A DNA stretch of 64,000 nucleotides from Eledone cirrhosa (Eukaryota). The stretch's first letter is position 1; every line of letters starts with the position of its first letter. The position numbers and the translations under genes were made by a program. The notes beneath the pieces were generated by a model, which was given only the letters and a program-made list of their open reading frames with translations, was not told the origin of the DNA and ran no database searches. Positions 29,030 through 41,842 of the stretch are shown in pieces. The stretch spans positions 2,542,001 through 2,606,000 of the forward strand of contig OZ024755.1 of NCBI GenBank assembly GCA_964016885.1, given 5' to 3'.

Positions 29030-29068
<39 letters not shown>

Positions 29069-29108
29069 TGTGTGCGTGTGTGCGTGCGTGTGTGCGTGTG
29101 TGCGTGCG

Positions 29109-29177
<69 letters not shown>

Positions 29178-29439
29178 CATTGTAAGTTTGAATCTGACAT
29201 GCAAGAACATATATATGAATAAAGTAAGCCCATATTAGATTCAAATATCTCAGAGAGAAAGAGAGAGGGGGGGGGGGGGAGAAATGATGTGCAACAGAAA
29301 TGAAACATGGATTACAGGATAAAATCTAGTCTAGATAGATGAGAAAAAAAAACGAGGATGTAGTTTATGGAACACCCCAAATGATTTAGAAGTCGACCCT
29401 AAGAAGGAGCGATAACATTAAGAAAGACATGAACGACAC

Positions 29440-29770
29440 CACATCATTTTGTATTAAAATTTTTAAAGTAGGTTTATAAGTATGAATTTTCAGTGGCCTA
29501 GCGGTAGGTACTAGAGACGGTGGAGATCCTGGTCTTGGGTTCAATCCTGGTCGAGAGGTACATGTAATCTTTTTCAGTTTTTATTTTACATTCCATAGAA
29601 AACAAACTGAAAAGCTTAACCGGGAACCCTACTCCCGACAAGGATCGAACTTCACATCAGGACCACCGCCGTCTATGACTCCCCCAACTAGGCCGCCGAG
29701 ACAGCTACAAAAGTGTACTGAAAGTTGATAATTATAAATCTACTTTCAAAATCAAAGTTAAAAAGATGTG
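29440..29770. mobile_element. Diverged fold-back element carrying two convergent tRNA-like Pol III cassettes
   Basis: Mirror arms begin CACATC..TTT.AAAGTAG.TTTATAA.TAT..A.TTTCAGT. A box TGGCCTAGCGG at 29494 and B box GGTTCAATCC at 29538; minus-strand counterparts near 29690 and 29645; T-runs at the centre. Confidence 0.6.
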
Positions 29771-29969
29771 ATTTATAAATTTGATTGCACTGTTTTGTTT
29801 TCACTTGAAAATGTTCTTTATACATTATAAAAATTAAATGATAGCATTCTACATGTAGCAACCAATATTTTTAGACCCAGTCCGCCACACACATACTCTG
29901 TGTGTGTGTGTAGCAGTGTGTGTGTGTATGTGTGTGTCGACCAGTTCAATAACATTATTTTATCGTACA

Positions 29970-30163
29970 GGGCGGTGGATTGGCAATATCGGTAGAGAGT
30001 CGGACGCCATGCTTTGCAGCAAAGAGTTAGGGCCCTTTCCATTCTAAGTTCAAATCCCGCCGAGGTTAACTTTTCCTTTCATCCTTACGGGGTCGATAAA
30101 ATAAAGTACCAGTAATGTACTGGGTTAATTGCTGGCCTTGTGCCAAAAAGTAGAAACAATTAT
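29970..30163 (+). mobile_element. tRNA-derived SINE family 1 (octopod-type), best full copy
   Basis: A box TGGCAATATCGG, B box GTTCAAATCC, body CTTTCATCCTTACGGGGTCGATAAAATAAAGTACCAGT, tail TGGCCTTGTGCC..AGTAGAAACAATTATT; many copies in the window. Confidence 0.9.
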
Positions 30164-31575
30164 TTTATCGTACGTCTGTAGGCATTATCTTACAGAACTA
30201 TATTCTCCATTTGAAAAGGTCTCAAATTTTAACAGAACCTATTTTTAATAACACCCACGCCTTTTATCAGAACGGGATTACTTATGTAGCAATACTTCAC
30301 GTTCCTGCCATATTTATCTGTATGCCATTGTATTTTGGATTGATCTCTCTCCATGATTTATATGTTCCTGTCATATCTAACACATCATGGTGTCCTCCTC
30401 TGATGCTGTACTAAGAATACACCAGTCAACTTTATTAATCTTTGTTGGATATTTGCCATGGATTAGCTTATTTTACATTTAATTTTTTTTTTTCTTTTGT
30501 TTATTATTGACATACTGGTTTATTTCCTCAAATTTCATCTTTCGTTTGGAATCTTGTATGATGGGATAGAGTTTTGTGTTGTTTTCCTTGTTATATTGTT
30601 TGATATGTTTCGTTTCAATTTTATTAATTAGAAAGAGGAGATTGCAACGGCCGAAATATATTTTAAACGCCACAAATATTGAGATTGGTCTAATTTATAT
30701 ATATTTATAATCTCTGTTATTTTTTGTCGTTTTTATCCTCAGCAATAATTTAGCTTCTACATAGATGCACGATTTCCTAGATGGAACATACAAATCTGTT
30801 TCAAGTCATACATTGTCTTATCTTGAAACTAAACGGGGCCACATTCAGCAGTGTAGATAGAGTTACGCCAAAACAAAAAAATAGGAATATCCATAGTTGG
30901 AAGTATTTTGGTCATAGGCCTGATCGATCAAGTCTGCGTTTGTGTTAAACAACAGCGACAATAATTGATGAAGTAAGGAAGTCTAGTGGAGTAAAATATT
31001 CGGAGGAAAAGTTAGTTGAAATATGTTTGTGATGTCTAGAAAATGAGCGAAATTTGGGAGGATATGAAGCGGGGAAATATGTAGGGTTTGGGTTAGTTCT
31101 GGGCAGAGGAGGCTGCAATGGGAAAGATATGGCAGAGAGAAGTTATATATTTACTTTGTTTCTAGATTCCAGCATTCATACACTCTCTTATTTTGAAGTA
31201 TCATTGTTGATGTTTAACATAAATATCGGATATATATATATGGGAATAATCCCTGGTAATTATATTCTTTTTGGCACCAACGAAACGCCAACATTCAATT
31301 ACCAGCACCACCACGTAAAAGGACCCATCAAATGGATGCCTTAAACAGTATGGTCCAAAATTTTAATCTGCATTACTTCTCCTTCAATGCCCTTCATGAC
31401 ATGGGTGCATCCTTTTTGAAAACACCGGTAAATGAGAATTAAGTCAAACAGTATATATATATATATATATATTGGGGCTAGAAACTCTCAGAAGAGCTGG
31501 TCAGCAGAAGGTCTTCAGAGAAAATGCCCCCCCCCCCTCTTCAAGCACGTGTTTTGACCTTTAACCCACACACAG

Positions 31576-31618
<43 letters not shown>

Positions 31619-31620
<2 letters not shown>

Positions 31621-31724
31621 AAAAAGTATGACCCCGACGGCAGAGCCCAAGCCATTTCGACGGCTATTTCTGGACTAAATAGTGGTGCGTTATGGTCCAT
31701 CTGGTTCCTTACCACAATTCCTTT

Positions 31725-31725
<1 letters not shown>
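31619..31725. mobile_element. Family B short element
   Basis: GACCCCGACGGC..GCCATTTCGACGGCTA..CTGGACTA joined to GGTGCGTTATGGTCCATCTGGTTCCTTACCAC; in (TA)n. Confidence 0.7.
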
Positions 31726-31768
<43 letters not shown>

Positions 31769-32434
31769 TATAAAGTGCCTACGATGCTAAATCTGGAGAG
31801 ACCACTAATCAAATTAGTACTTGATGCATAAGATCAAATTAGTACTTGATGCGTACTTGTAATATTTAGGAAGTATTCGGCCGCAGTAGCTCGCGGTCGA
31901 ATAATTTCTTCCAAGAGAGAGAGAGAGAGAGAAAGAAAGAGAAAGAGAAAGAGAGAAAGAGAGAGAGATAAGAGAGAGAGAAGGAGAGAGATGTACACAT
32001 TAGTCATTCATATTGCTTGCTGGTTCCTTGTCAGTGTATTATTTTCAATACATGATTGCATGATTTCCAAAGGATTCTCAAGATACGTATTTCCATTTGT
32101 TAATAGAGTATCGTGTAAGTTTACACGAATCTATGTACTCTGACAAACATATAGGCAAATCACTTTTTCTCAACTACATACACATACTTGCGTGCACCTG
32201 CACATACACACAAGCACATGCACTCGCATAAACAATCACACATACACACACATATTTATATATATATGTATATATCGGCATAAACATGCGTTCACAGTAG
32301 CATATGCAATTGTTCACTGTCTTATTATGTTACTATCCTCGTATTTCACTATCAAATTCATTCCTCCATTCGTGAAGTTACGCCCACACAAACAATGATA
32401 AAGATATATGCGCACGTCTTTATACGCCTATGTA

Positions 32435-32485
32435 CATATAATATATATACACACACACACACACACTATATATATACACACACAC

Positions 32486-32516
<31 letters not shown>

Positions 32517-32563
32517 TATATATATACACACACATATATATACACACACATATACACACACAC

Positions 32564-32594
<31 letters not shown>

Positions 32595-33100
32595 TATATA
32601 TATACACACATATATACACACACACATATACACATATATATATACACACACACATATACACATATATATATACACATATATATACACACATATATATACA
32701 CACATATATATACACACATATATATACACACATATATATACACACATATATATACACATATATATATATACACATATATATATATACACATATATATATA
32801 CACATATATATATATACACATATATATATATACACATATATATATATACACATATATATATACACATATATATATACACATACACATATACACACATACA
32901 CATACACACATACACACACACATATACACACATACATATACACACATATATATACACACACACATATACACACATATATATACACACACACATACATACA
33001 CACACACATATACACACATATATATACACACACATATATATACACACACACATACACATATATATACACACACACATATATACACACATATATATACACA

Positions 33101-33142
<42 letters not shown>

Positions 33143-33190
33143 CACACACGTATATATATATATGTGTGTGTGTATGTATATATATAATCT
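32435..33190. repeat. CA/TA compound microsatellite
   Basis: Read directly from the sequence. Confidence 0.95.
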
Positions 33191-33718
33191 ATATATTTCA
33201 TATTCTCAAGCTCATTTAATTACATGGTTGTTCATTTGTACACATTTAATCATGCACGAACATTTCCATACAAATCATACCTTTATGCCTATCTGTCTCT
33301 ACCTTAGGATGCAACCGAGGAAAACACGCAGCTAAACACACCCTATCCCACCTAAAAGCTTAAAGCTGCTGAAATATTATCAGTTGTGCTCTGTGGATTC
33401 TTCCTCTCATAAGACTGCTCGATAGTGCTACACTCCCCTCACTATACGAACCAACAGCCAACGCTTTTAAAGTTAGATTCATACATTAAATAAAAATGTT
33501 TCTAACTTAAGAACAGGAAAGTTTTCTGCTCCATCCTCCTTTACACATGGAGGCATAGCAGAAGCATCCATTATAGAGCCCTTACTTAATCTCCAGGAGC
33601 TTCAACTTATAGCTGCCAGCTTTGCCCTCGAGAAAAGCTATATACATTGACAAAAACACTTGACTAGAATTTTGCTTGACTAGAATGTAGTAATACGCTG
33701 TCATGCAATTTCAAGACA

Positions 33719-33960
33719 TTAGCCCTTAGATATCTTATAAAAGACCACGTTGGCTGTATTAGTGGTGGCATGGTGATAACTTTCTTGCAAAAACTGTACG
33801 CCTCGATAAAAACGATCTAACCAGCCTGTTGCGGACGACTTTCGGCCCGGGGTCTTTAGAATATTTCCAAAAATCTTTAGCCTAATAGTGTTATCGGAGA
33901 CAGGCACGGACGTTCTATGAGATGTGCGCACAGCAATGATTACGTTCTGCGCGCCTGTGT
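33719..33960 (-). mobile_element. pogo/Tigger transposase CENP-B HTH remnant
   Basis: VPVSDNTIRLK...SATGWLDRF matches the CENP-B-type P.S...I..KA...AS.GWL.RF motif. Confidence 0.6.
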
Positions 33961-34134
33961 CCTGTGTTAAATAGCCTGTGTCCTTGTTGAATAGCTATTT
34001 TGGCGTGTAGAAGAGATCCGGCTAACCACCCACAATTTATATATATATATTTCTATACACACACACACACACACATATATATATATTTGTTTATAAATAC
34101 ATATATTTATTTATACATACATACATACATATAT

Positions 34135-34229
34135 ACACTCTGTATAGCTCTACACCTCGACACAGAAGTGAACCTAAATATCGAGTGCTCACCCGGGTGA
34201 ACCTACAGTAACTCCAAGTTACACTCCCT
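34135..34229 (+). mobile_element. Family C short element fragment in (TA)n
   Basis: The last ~46 bp match 50040-50086; flanked by TA/TACA repeats. Confidence 0.6.
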
Positions 34230-34573
34230 ATATATATATATATATATATATGGGTCAGTGTGTGATTGTGTTGGTTGTGAATAGCATCGTTTGACACTTG
34301 AGTTTTTCCACAGTAATATAGCCAATGTATCTATTACTTCAATTGCAAGGAAAAGGGAACAAACTTGGTTCACGTTCATGATAGATTGTGAAATAAAAAC
34401 AAATTTGTCCAAAGCATTTTGCCACTAGAAGTGCTGTGGAGATATGGAGAGATCGGTTAGTCTTGAAGAGTGTAATTTCTGAAATTCTCAATAGAATAAC
34501 ACGCAATAAATATTGATTTGAGCCCTCTGATAAATCTACGTACACTATCTTGCACGCATCTTTCAGTAAATTG

Positions 34574-34634
<61 letters not shown>

Positions 34635-34829
34635 GTACGCATGCACAGATGCTCACACACATGTCTATATATATATATATATGCACACACATAAACAGGT
34701 ACAATGGCATTTCTTTTTACTCTCTTGTATATAAGTGATGTAAGATATGTCCATATATATATATGTGTGTTTGTGTGTGTTTGTTGGTGAGTGGGCGTCT
34801 ATGTTGTGTACATCCATAATATAATCATA

Positions 34830-34867
<38 letters not shown>

Positions 34868-35144
34868 GTATGTGAGTGTGTGTGTATAATTATATGACCC
34901 TGAAGTTCTGTGTTCGGTTGTATTTATATTTTTAAGAAAGTAATCTTTTAAGGTTTTCCCTTAAGTTCCTGCTCTTTACCTGCAGGGGTTATGATGTTCC
35001 AGTAGTGTGATGTACTAGCACGCCATACAGGAATTTCCATTTGAGGGAGGGCAAGCCCTGCTGATGTCGCGGTCCCTCAAAGATTAACGTATGTGTACAC
35101 TCTAATGGGTTGGGTCTGAAATTTAACAATACAGACTCAATTAG

Positions 35145-35175
<31 letters not shown>

Positions 35176-35212
35176 AACGTATATATATATATATATATAT
35201 ACACATTTATAT

Positions 35213-35512
35213 CTACCTCCCCACAGCCCCGGCGGACAGAATGAAGAAGGCGTTTCCCCGGAGGGCGGCAAGGGAGACGCGCTAGAAAAGCCATTCCAAC
35301 TAAAGAGGCTCACACCTGCGGCTGGCCAGCTCAGTGCCTATGGCAGTGAGTAGGGAGGTAGCCCTAGGACCAGGGACACCAGAAGTCTCCACTGCCAAGA
35401 GTACAACCGCAAACCTGTCGGAGAGCGACCGGTATTTGAAGAGTTTGTCCTCAGCCCGACGTGCAGCGAAACCTGGGTTAGTCAGAGACTGCACCAGGGT
35501 GCGGCTGGAGAA
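35213..35512 (-). mobile_element. CRE-clade retrotransposon 3' fragment, second copy
   Basis: PGFAARRAEDKLFKYRSLSDRFAVVLLAVETSGVPGP...RVSLAALRGNAF, with in-frame stops; clearly similar to 17320-17550. Confidence 0.75.
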
Positions 35513-35583
35513 ATTAGCTTATTGAGTGAGGGGGGAAACGACTGAAGCTGTTTCAATTCAATTCGATAAGCTTCGTCCCTTAA

Positions 35584-35643
<60 letters not shown>

Positions 35644-35747
35644 TATATATATATATATATATTAAAATAACAGATTAAAGTTTAAGCAAAGAATCGCTGC
35701 TTTCACCCTTAACGTGATCTTCTGAAACTATATATATATATATATAT

Positions 35748-35940
35748 AAATGGCTTCTACAGGACTAGAACTGTTTCATTGGGGAGAAATCACCAGGAAA
35801 TCTTTGGTGACGGTTAAGAGGGGCACAGTAAAGTGCTAAAAGATAAGTCTATCCCGCCTCTAATCGAGGATAACCACAATAAGTTAGTTACTCAATACAT
35901 AGCAGAGTATAAATATTTAATATAGAAATGGCTTCTACGG
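35748..35940 (-). mobile_element. Family A element, complete monomer with terminal direct repeat spanning the HHR cleavage site
   Basis: AAATGGCTTCTAC occurs at 35748-35760 and 35926-35938. Between them, on the minus strand: tail, ~50-nt linker, then HHR with a mutated core (CTGGTGA...GAAACAG...CTGTA). Confidence 0.7.
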
Positions 35941-35965
35941 AAAACGATTTTTGAAGAAAGTTTTG

Positions 35966-36006
<41 letters not shown>

Positions 36007-36067
36007 CATATATGCGTGAACCTAATACCAACACTGTTCGTAATTGCACTCCTTGTTTTTTACTTTG

Positions 36068-36119
<52 letters not shown>

Positions 36120-36471
36120 TAAATATATATATATAGCAAAACCTTCTTCAAAAATCGCTTTCTGAGGAAAGCAAAGCCTGATCAAAGTTTGGTATTATAG
36201 CTACAATAGAACTGTAGTCACGTATGTTGATATCAGATATATATATACACACCTATGATTATATACGTATGTGTGTATGTGGGTGTATGTATAGACAAAT
36301 TTGTTCGAAGCACAACGAAGATTCATTTCTTCATTGACATATATAGTGGAAGAGAAACTGGTTGACGGGTAAGGGGGGGGGGGGATATTGATATGATTCC
36401 ATTTATACGTGCACGTTTAAAGTCTCGTATTACAAATATATAAACACAAACATATACACACTCTCTCTCTC

Positions 36472-36507
<36 letters not shown>

Positions 36508-36519
36508 GTATATCTCTCT

Positions 36520-36558
<39 letters not shown>

Positions 36559-36576
36559 TATATATATACATATATA

Positions 36577-36610
<34 letters not shown>

Positions 36611-37539
36611 CATAGATAGAGAGATAGAAAGACATACAATTATATACATATATATACATATATATACATTATGTATATATATTTGTTCATATTATATACA
36701 TTGTCTGTGTGTATATATATATGGGAGGGTGTGAGTTTACATGTATGTGTATAAACGTCTATACGTCACATTCATATTTGGAATATTCCATCAGAATTTA
36801 TGGAAGGAATGGATTATTTTTCTCATGAATGCATACATTCGTAAATTCCAGAACAAATTGCTTTCTCTACTATCATTGGTAAGGCTTCGTCTCTGTATGA
36901 TTCTTGATTGTTCAATTAAGAACATTTCGGGATGTCAACTGCGAACAATCTTGGTAAAAACTTACACCACGTTCCATTGCATAGAAATTCGAAGCAACGT
37001 TCAGTTCTAATATTGATTTTTGTTTCTATGATTAGTACATGTCTTATAATAACTGAGTGGTATAGTTGCTGCTGATACATTCTTCGTCGCAACATATTGA
37101 GTTATTAAAGTGTTTGAAAAGGAACACGAAAGCAATGAAATTGTAAGTTAAAAACTCATTGGTGTAGAAAATTTCTTTCATTATTCCAGGTCTGAAAGTA
37201 TATATATACTGGTCAGACAATGAGCTGGGTTTATTTAACTATAGCTCCTCATAAAGCTTCATTGTAGGCATATATTATTGCCTCATGCTTATGTTAGAAA
37301 TCCTTATATATATGAGGAGCATATTAATGATAGAATTATCGTATAAAAAACTGAATTATTTAATTATTTCTCTTTACAATACAATCGTGTTATGGCAGGG
37401 AAGACTCGATAGAGCGTAAGTTATAATACATTACGATATTGGTTTCTACTGTCTGTATTATGAAATGAACTATCTTTCTGAGGTCAACAAAACAAGGTAT
37501 TTGTCCAAGGTATATTTAGCTAAGAATAGCAGAATTTTT

Positions 37540-37826
37540 AGAGCATTGGGCGAGATATCTTGCGATATTTATTCAGGCTTTTCAAATAATGTTCAGGAAA
37601 GAATCACTGGACAGATTTTAGGGGCAAAAACCAGCCGGCAGGATATCCAAACTTTGAGCAAGATGGTTGGAAAACATAAGCTGGGATCTATAAGCTTGGC
37701 TGGTCTCACTTGGGAATCCAGCCATATCAGCTGGAGATTGTTGCTTCTGAATGGACCCACTGGAAGGAGTGTTTGATAACTCTGCACTCAGCACCCTCTC
37801 AGGAATACGTGGGCGAAGAAGAAGAT
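37540..37826 (+). mobile_element. Degenerate RTE-like LINE 3' end
   Basis: Frameshifted remnants resembling RW...G.RP.G.P..RW...I..DL, with a terminal GAAGAAGAAG tail. Confidence 0.45.
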
Positions 37827-37870
37827 CTATGTATATATGTGCTAACATAAGTATATGTATTGCATACGCT

Positions 37871-37929
<59 letters not shown>

Positions 37930-37947
37930 TATATATATATTGTTGTG

Positions 37948-38186
37948 ACAGCTCACACCTATGCAGGTTTAGCTGGCCTCCTCCAAGGTATATCTCGCTG
38001 GAGGTGTCTTGGGTAATTTAATGATAGGGACCCCAGTCCCTATCATCTCATTTCTACAGCTGAGTAAACTGGAGTAACGTGAAATAAAGTGTCTTGCTCA
38101 AGGAAACAACACATCACCCGGTCCGAGAATTGAACTCACAACTTTTTGATTGCAAGCCCAATGCTCTCACCACTAAGCCATGCGTC
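37948..38186 (-). mobile_element. SINE family 2
   Basis: CAGCTGAGTAAACTGGAGTAACGTGAAATAAAGTGTCTTGCTCAAGGA..TTGAACTC..CCACTAAGCCA (A and B boxes on minus strand). Confidence 0.75.
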
Positions 38187-38589
38187 TTCATATATATATC
38201 AGATTATACGTATATATATGTTATATATATATATATATTATATATATATGTACATATTGAAATTGTCCGCCCATAAGATGTCTAAGGATGCCGTTATTTG
38301 ATTAATTGAAAGCCAAAGTCATTTCATTTGCATGTTAAGAGATCACTATTCCTCCGACACTCTTCTCTTAATGTAATTATCAAATGGAATCAGTGTGACA
38401 AATATACATTTTCAATTAAAACTACAGTCCATTGATGGGTTTCTACAGAATACCTGCCTGTCTAATTTGACCAATATCCCTCACAAGTCTTGGCTCCACC
38501 CGGGGCCTTATTATTGCAAAGCGATCTTCTTATCTAGTTGTTTAAACCTTCGTGTCTACACAGACACCGCGCGCGCATATATATATATA

Positions 38590-38606
38590 GGTACCTGAAG
38601 GTATCA

Positions 38607-38644
<38 letters not shown>

Positions 38645-38659
38645 TACCTGAAGGTATCA

Positions 38660-38703
<44 letters not shown>

Positions 38704-38720
38704 GGTACCTGAAGGTATCA

Positions 38721-38756
<36 letters not shown>

Positions 38757-38771
38757 TACCTGAAGGTATCA

Positions 38772-38807
<36 letters not shown>

Positions 38808-38822
38808 TACCTGAAGGTATCA

Positions 38823-38824
<2 letters not shown>
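38590..38824. repeat. Five identical 19-bp hairpin-like units separated by variable (TA)n
   Basis: GGTACCTGAAGGTATCACC at 38590, 38643, 38704, 38755 and 38806. Confidence 0.95.
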
Positions 38825-38863
<39 letters not shown>

Positions 38864-39935
38864 TTATTTATATATATATATATATATAAAAGTAAACGAG
38901 GTATCGTATAAGGTAATCTAAGTAGGTGTGTGTGTGTGTGTCTGTCTGTGTCTGTGTGTGTGTGTGTGAATTCGAATATTTTTTCTTCAAACTATTACTG
39001 ACAAAGTATTATTAACATGTGTTTTGTAAATACGGTTATTAATAACATGTGTTCTGTTCATTAGTTTCTTATTAATATATGTGTTGTTAATGACTCTCGT
39101 TTAACCAATCTTACGAGACTTATTACATGAGTTCAAGTTGTAAACTTTAATTAAAAACGAAATAAAACAGACAAACAATATCAATGTGTGTGAGATGATG
39201 ATATCCATGAAAAAATTGTATCTGTAGAAATGAAATAAGTCTCAAATGAATGGTCTTTTAAAGTATTCAACGTATTTCATTTTATCTTCCTTTATACAAA
39301 ATGGTGTTTGATAAATTTGTTTACAGCGCATTGATTTATCAAATTACACCAATTAGATAGATTTTTAACACAATTTTTTGGTTTTTTGAAATGTGTATAA
39401 ATTTTAGATATATGCTTTACACGATCATTAAGTTAATAATGATTTTAAAAGTTAAATAAATAAATTAAAAGTGAATCCTTTCTCCCAGTAATGCAATAGT
39501 GAATGTACAGTGTAAACATGGATGGAATTGAAATAAGACTTGGTTCTCTTATATGAATGTAACAACTATTTCAAAAGCTGTTTGCTAGCAAATATGTACG
39601 TTAAACAGAAACGTGAAAAGGCAAGAATTAATTTAATGTAACAAATATGGCGATTCATTGCAGAAAAGGATAAAAAGCTAGCAAGGGATTATATATATAT
39701 ATATATATATATAATATATGTACATATATAATTATTTTAAGTAAAAATCATTGGTTGATGAATTAATCGGCCGACTAGTGTGTAAACAGACGTAAGCACT
39801 CTACGGGATTGGTACCTGGCGGTATGACCTATAAGGTATAAGTCAGAGTGTCAATATTACAAAGAGAGACGGTTTTATGTATACTCACTGATTATATATA
39901 ATAAACAGAGAATGTATACACAAAACGATCTCTCT

Positions 39936-39974
<39 letters not shown>

Positions 39975-40939
39975 TTATATCCAATACCCTCCGCAAAAAT
40001 GTTAGCGTCAAAAGCAAGCAAGAGGAACAAGTAAGATGACAGATATTATCCGCCGGTTTAACGCTACTATAAATTCTCCGCCTCTGTTGCAACAGTTAGT
40101 CAGGTATTCAATCACTTGAAAATATTTGTATTCCAAAAAAGTTAGGGAATTTAACGAAAGTTTCTCCCAAATCATTTAAAACGTATCTGGATGAATAATT
40201 CTTTTAGTCTCTTGGGTTAACCATCTGCAAAAAGATTTTAAGAAGGATAGAATATCATTGAAGAGGAACTAAATTTATCCATAAGTTTGCAATGACTAAA
40301 CATGATCAAATATCGAACTTAGAAGAAATCAGGCAACACATGCTGTAGTCGGCAGTGAAGGCGGTGCTCCATCTCGGCCGTAGTTTTGATGACTTTACTG
40401 AGGTTAAGACGTAAAGAACTCATAAAGAAATTAGGAAAGAAAGCTCACACTTGAGAAGCCTACATCAAGTAGAAACAAGAGAAAAACAGAAGAATTTAAG
40501 AAGGAAATAAAAAATAAAGAGGAGATTGAGACGGAGAAAGAGGTAAAGAGAGAATGAGAGAGAATATAAAACAAACGTGGAGTCAGGAGAGAGAAAAGTA
40601 GGATAAAAAGAAAATAGAGAGGAAACAAAAAAATTAATAATTTTCTTTGTTAAAATCTCTCCGCCAATATTTCCAGTCTTTCGATTATGGTTGATTTCCT
40701 CCTCATAGAAAACGGTCTATCAATTTCGGTAACTTCAAAAAGCACAGGTTGATGAAGTGTCCGAAATATTGGTGGTGCATACTGCCAAATGTTGTGAGGG
40801 TGGCGGGCGTGGTTGGAGGTTGGTGCTAATGGAATAAGTCGACTGGAATGGTGATATTAGCTACATGTTTAATGAGCCAATACTAGCACCACTTCTAGTG
40901 TAGATGATAGTATTGGTGGTCTTGGAATTGCTGTAGCAA

Positions 40940-41340
40940 TAGTAGTAGTAGTAGTAGTGGTGGTAGTAGTAGTAGTGGTGGTGGTAGTGGTGGTAGTAGT
41001 AGTGGTGGTGGTGGTCATTGTGGTGGTCCTGGTGGTGGTGGTCCTGGTGGTCATTGTGAGGTCTTGGTGATGATGATTGTGGTGGTGGTGGTGTCGGCGG
41101 TGGTTATGGTGATGGTAATGGCGGTCATTGTGGTGGTCCTGGTAATGATGTGTTGGTGGTGATGGTGGTGGTGATGGCTGTCATTTTGGTGGTGTTGTTG
41201 ATGGTGGTGGTTGGTGGCGGTGGTGTTTGTGGTGTTTGTGGTGGTAGTGGTGATGGCGGTGGTGTTGGTGGTGGTGGTGGCAGTGGTGGTGGTGATGGTG
41301 GTGTTGGTGGTGGTGGTGGCAGTGGTGATGGTGTCGTGGA
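40940..41340. repeat. (GGT/AGT)n tract; similar tracts at 45685-45990, 58095-58765 and 59510-59690
   Basis: Read directly; source of the poly-V/T/P/G ORFs. Confidence 0.95.
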
Positions 41341-41842
41341 GATAAGTTGTACTACTGCTGGTTTATGGTTGTTGGCTGCCGTCACGGTGGTTTTCTTCGT
41401 GGCAATAGACCGAATGGTGGTCAGGTTTCAGGTTTTGATGACGAAGTTAATGATAGATGAATCATTGAACTTCGAAGACGTTCTCGTTGTTATTGTCGTT
41501 ATTGTTGTCGCTGTTGTTATTGTCGTTGTTGTGCTGTTGTTGTTTCTAGTGTTGTTTAAGGTGGCGGCAGTGAGTGTAAAAACATCAGTGTTTTTGCTGA
41601 CTATCCTCTCATTGGTAATTTACCAATGTTGCTCAACGTCATAATTCTAGCGATATCGATGATTTTGGTGATGAAGTTGTTGATGGTAAATCTTTTGGTA
41701 ACGCTAGTAGTGTCAATTGTGGTAATAGTTTTAGTGGTTGTAATGTTGATGGTAGTAGATCTGATAGTAACGAGGCCTCTTATGTTTCGTTGTAATTTTG
41801 GTAATGATTTATTTACACTGGTTCAATGCTTATAGTAAAATA

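Noticed and set aside
29490-29560. Functional tRNA gene
   Set aside because: A and B boxes are present but I could not build a convincing cloverleaf; treated as tRNA-like.
33380-33700. Possible LINE RT-thumb remnant
   Set aside because: Similarity too weak to call by eye.
38590-38824. CRISPR-like repeat-spacer array
   Set aside because: Spacers are only (TA)n, the repeat is 19 bp, the context is eukaryotic and there are no cas genes.
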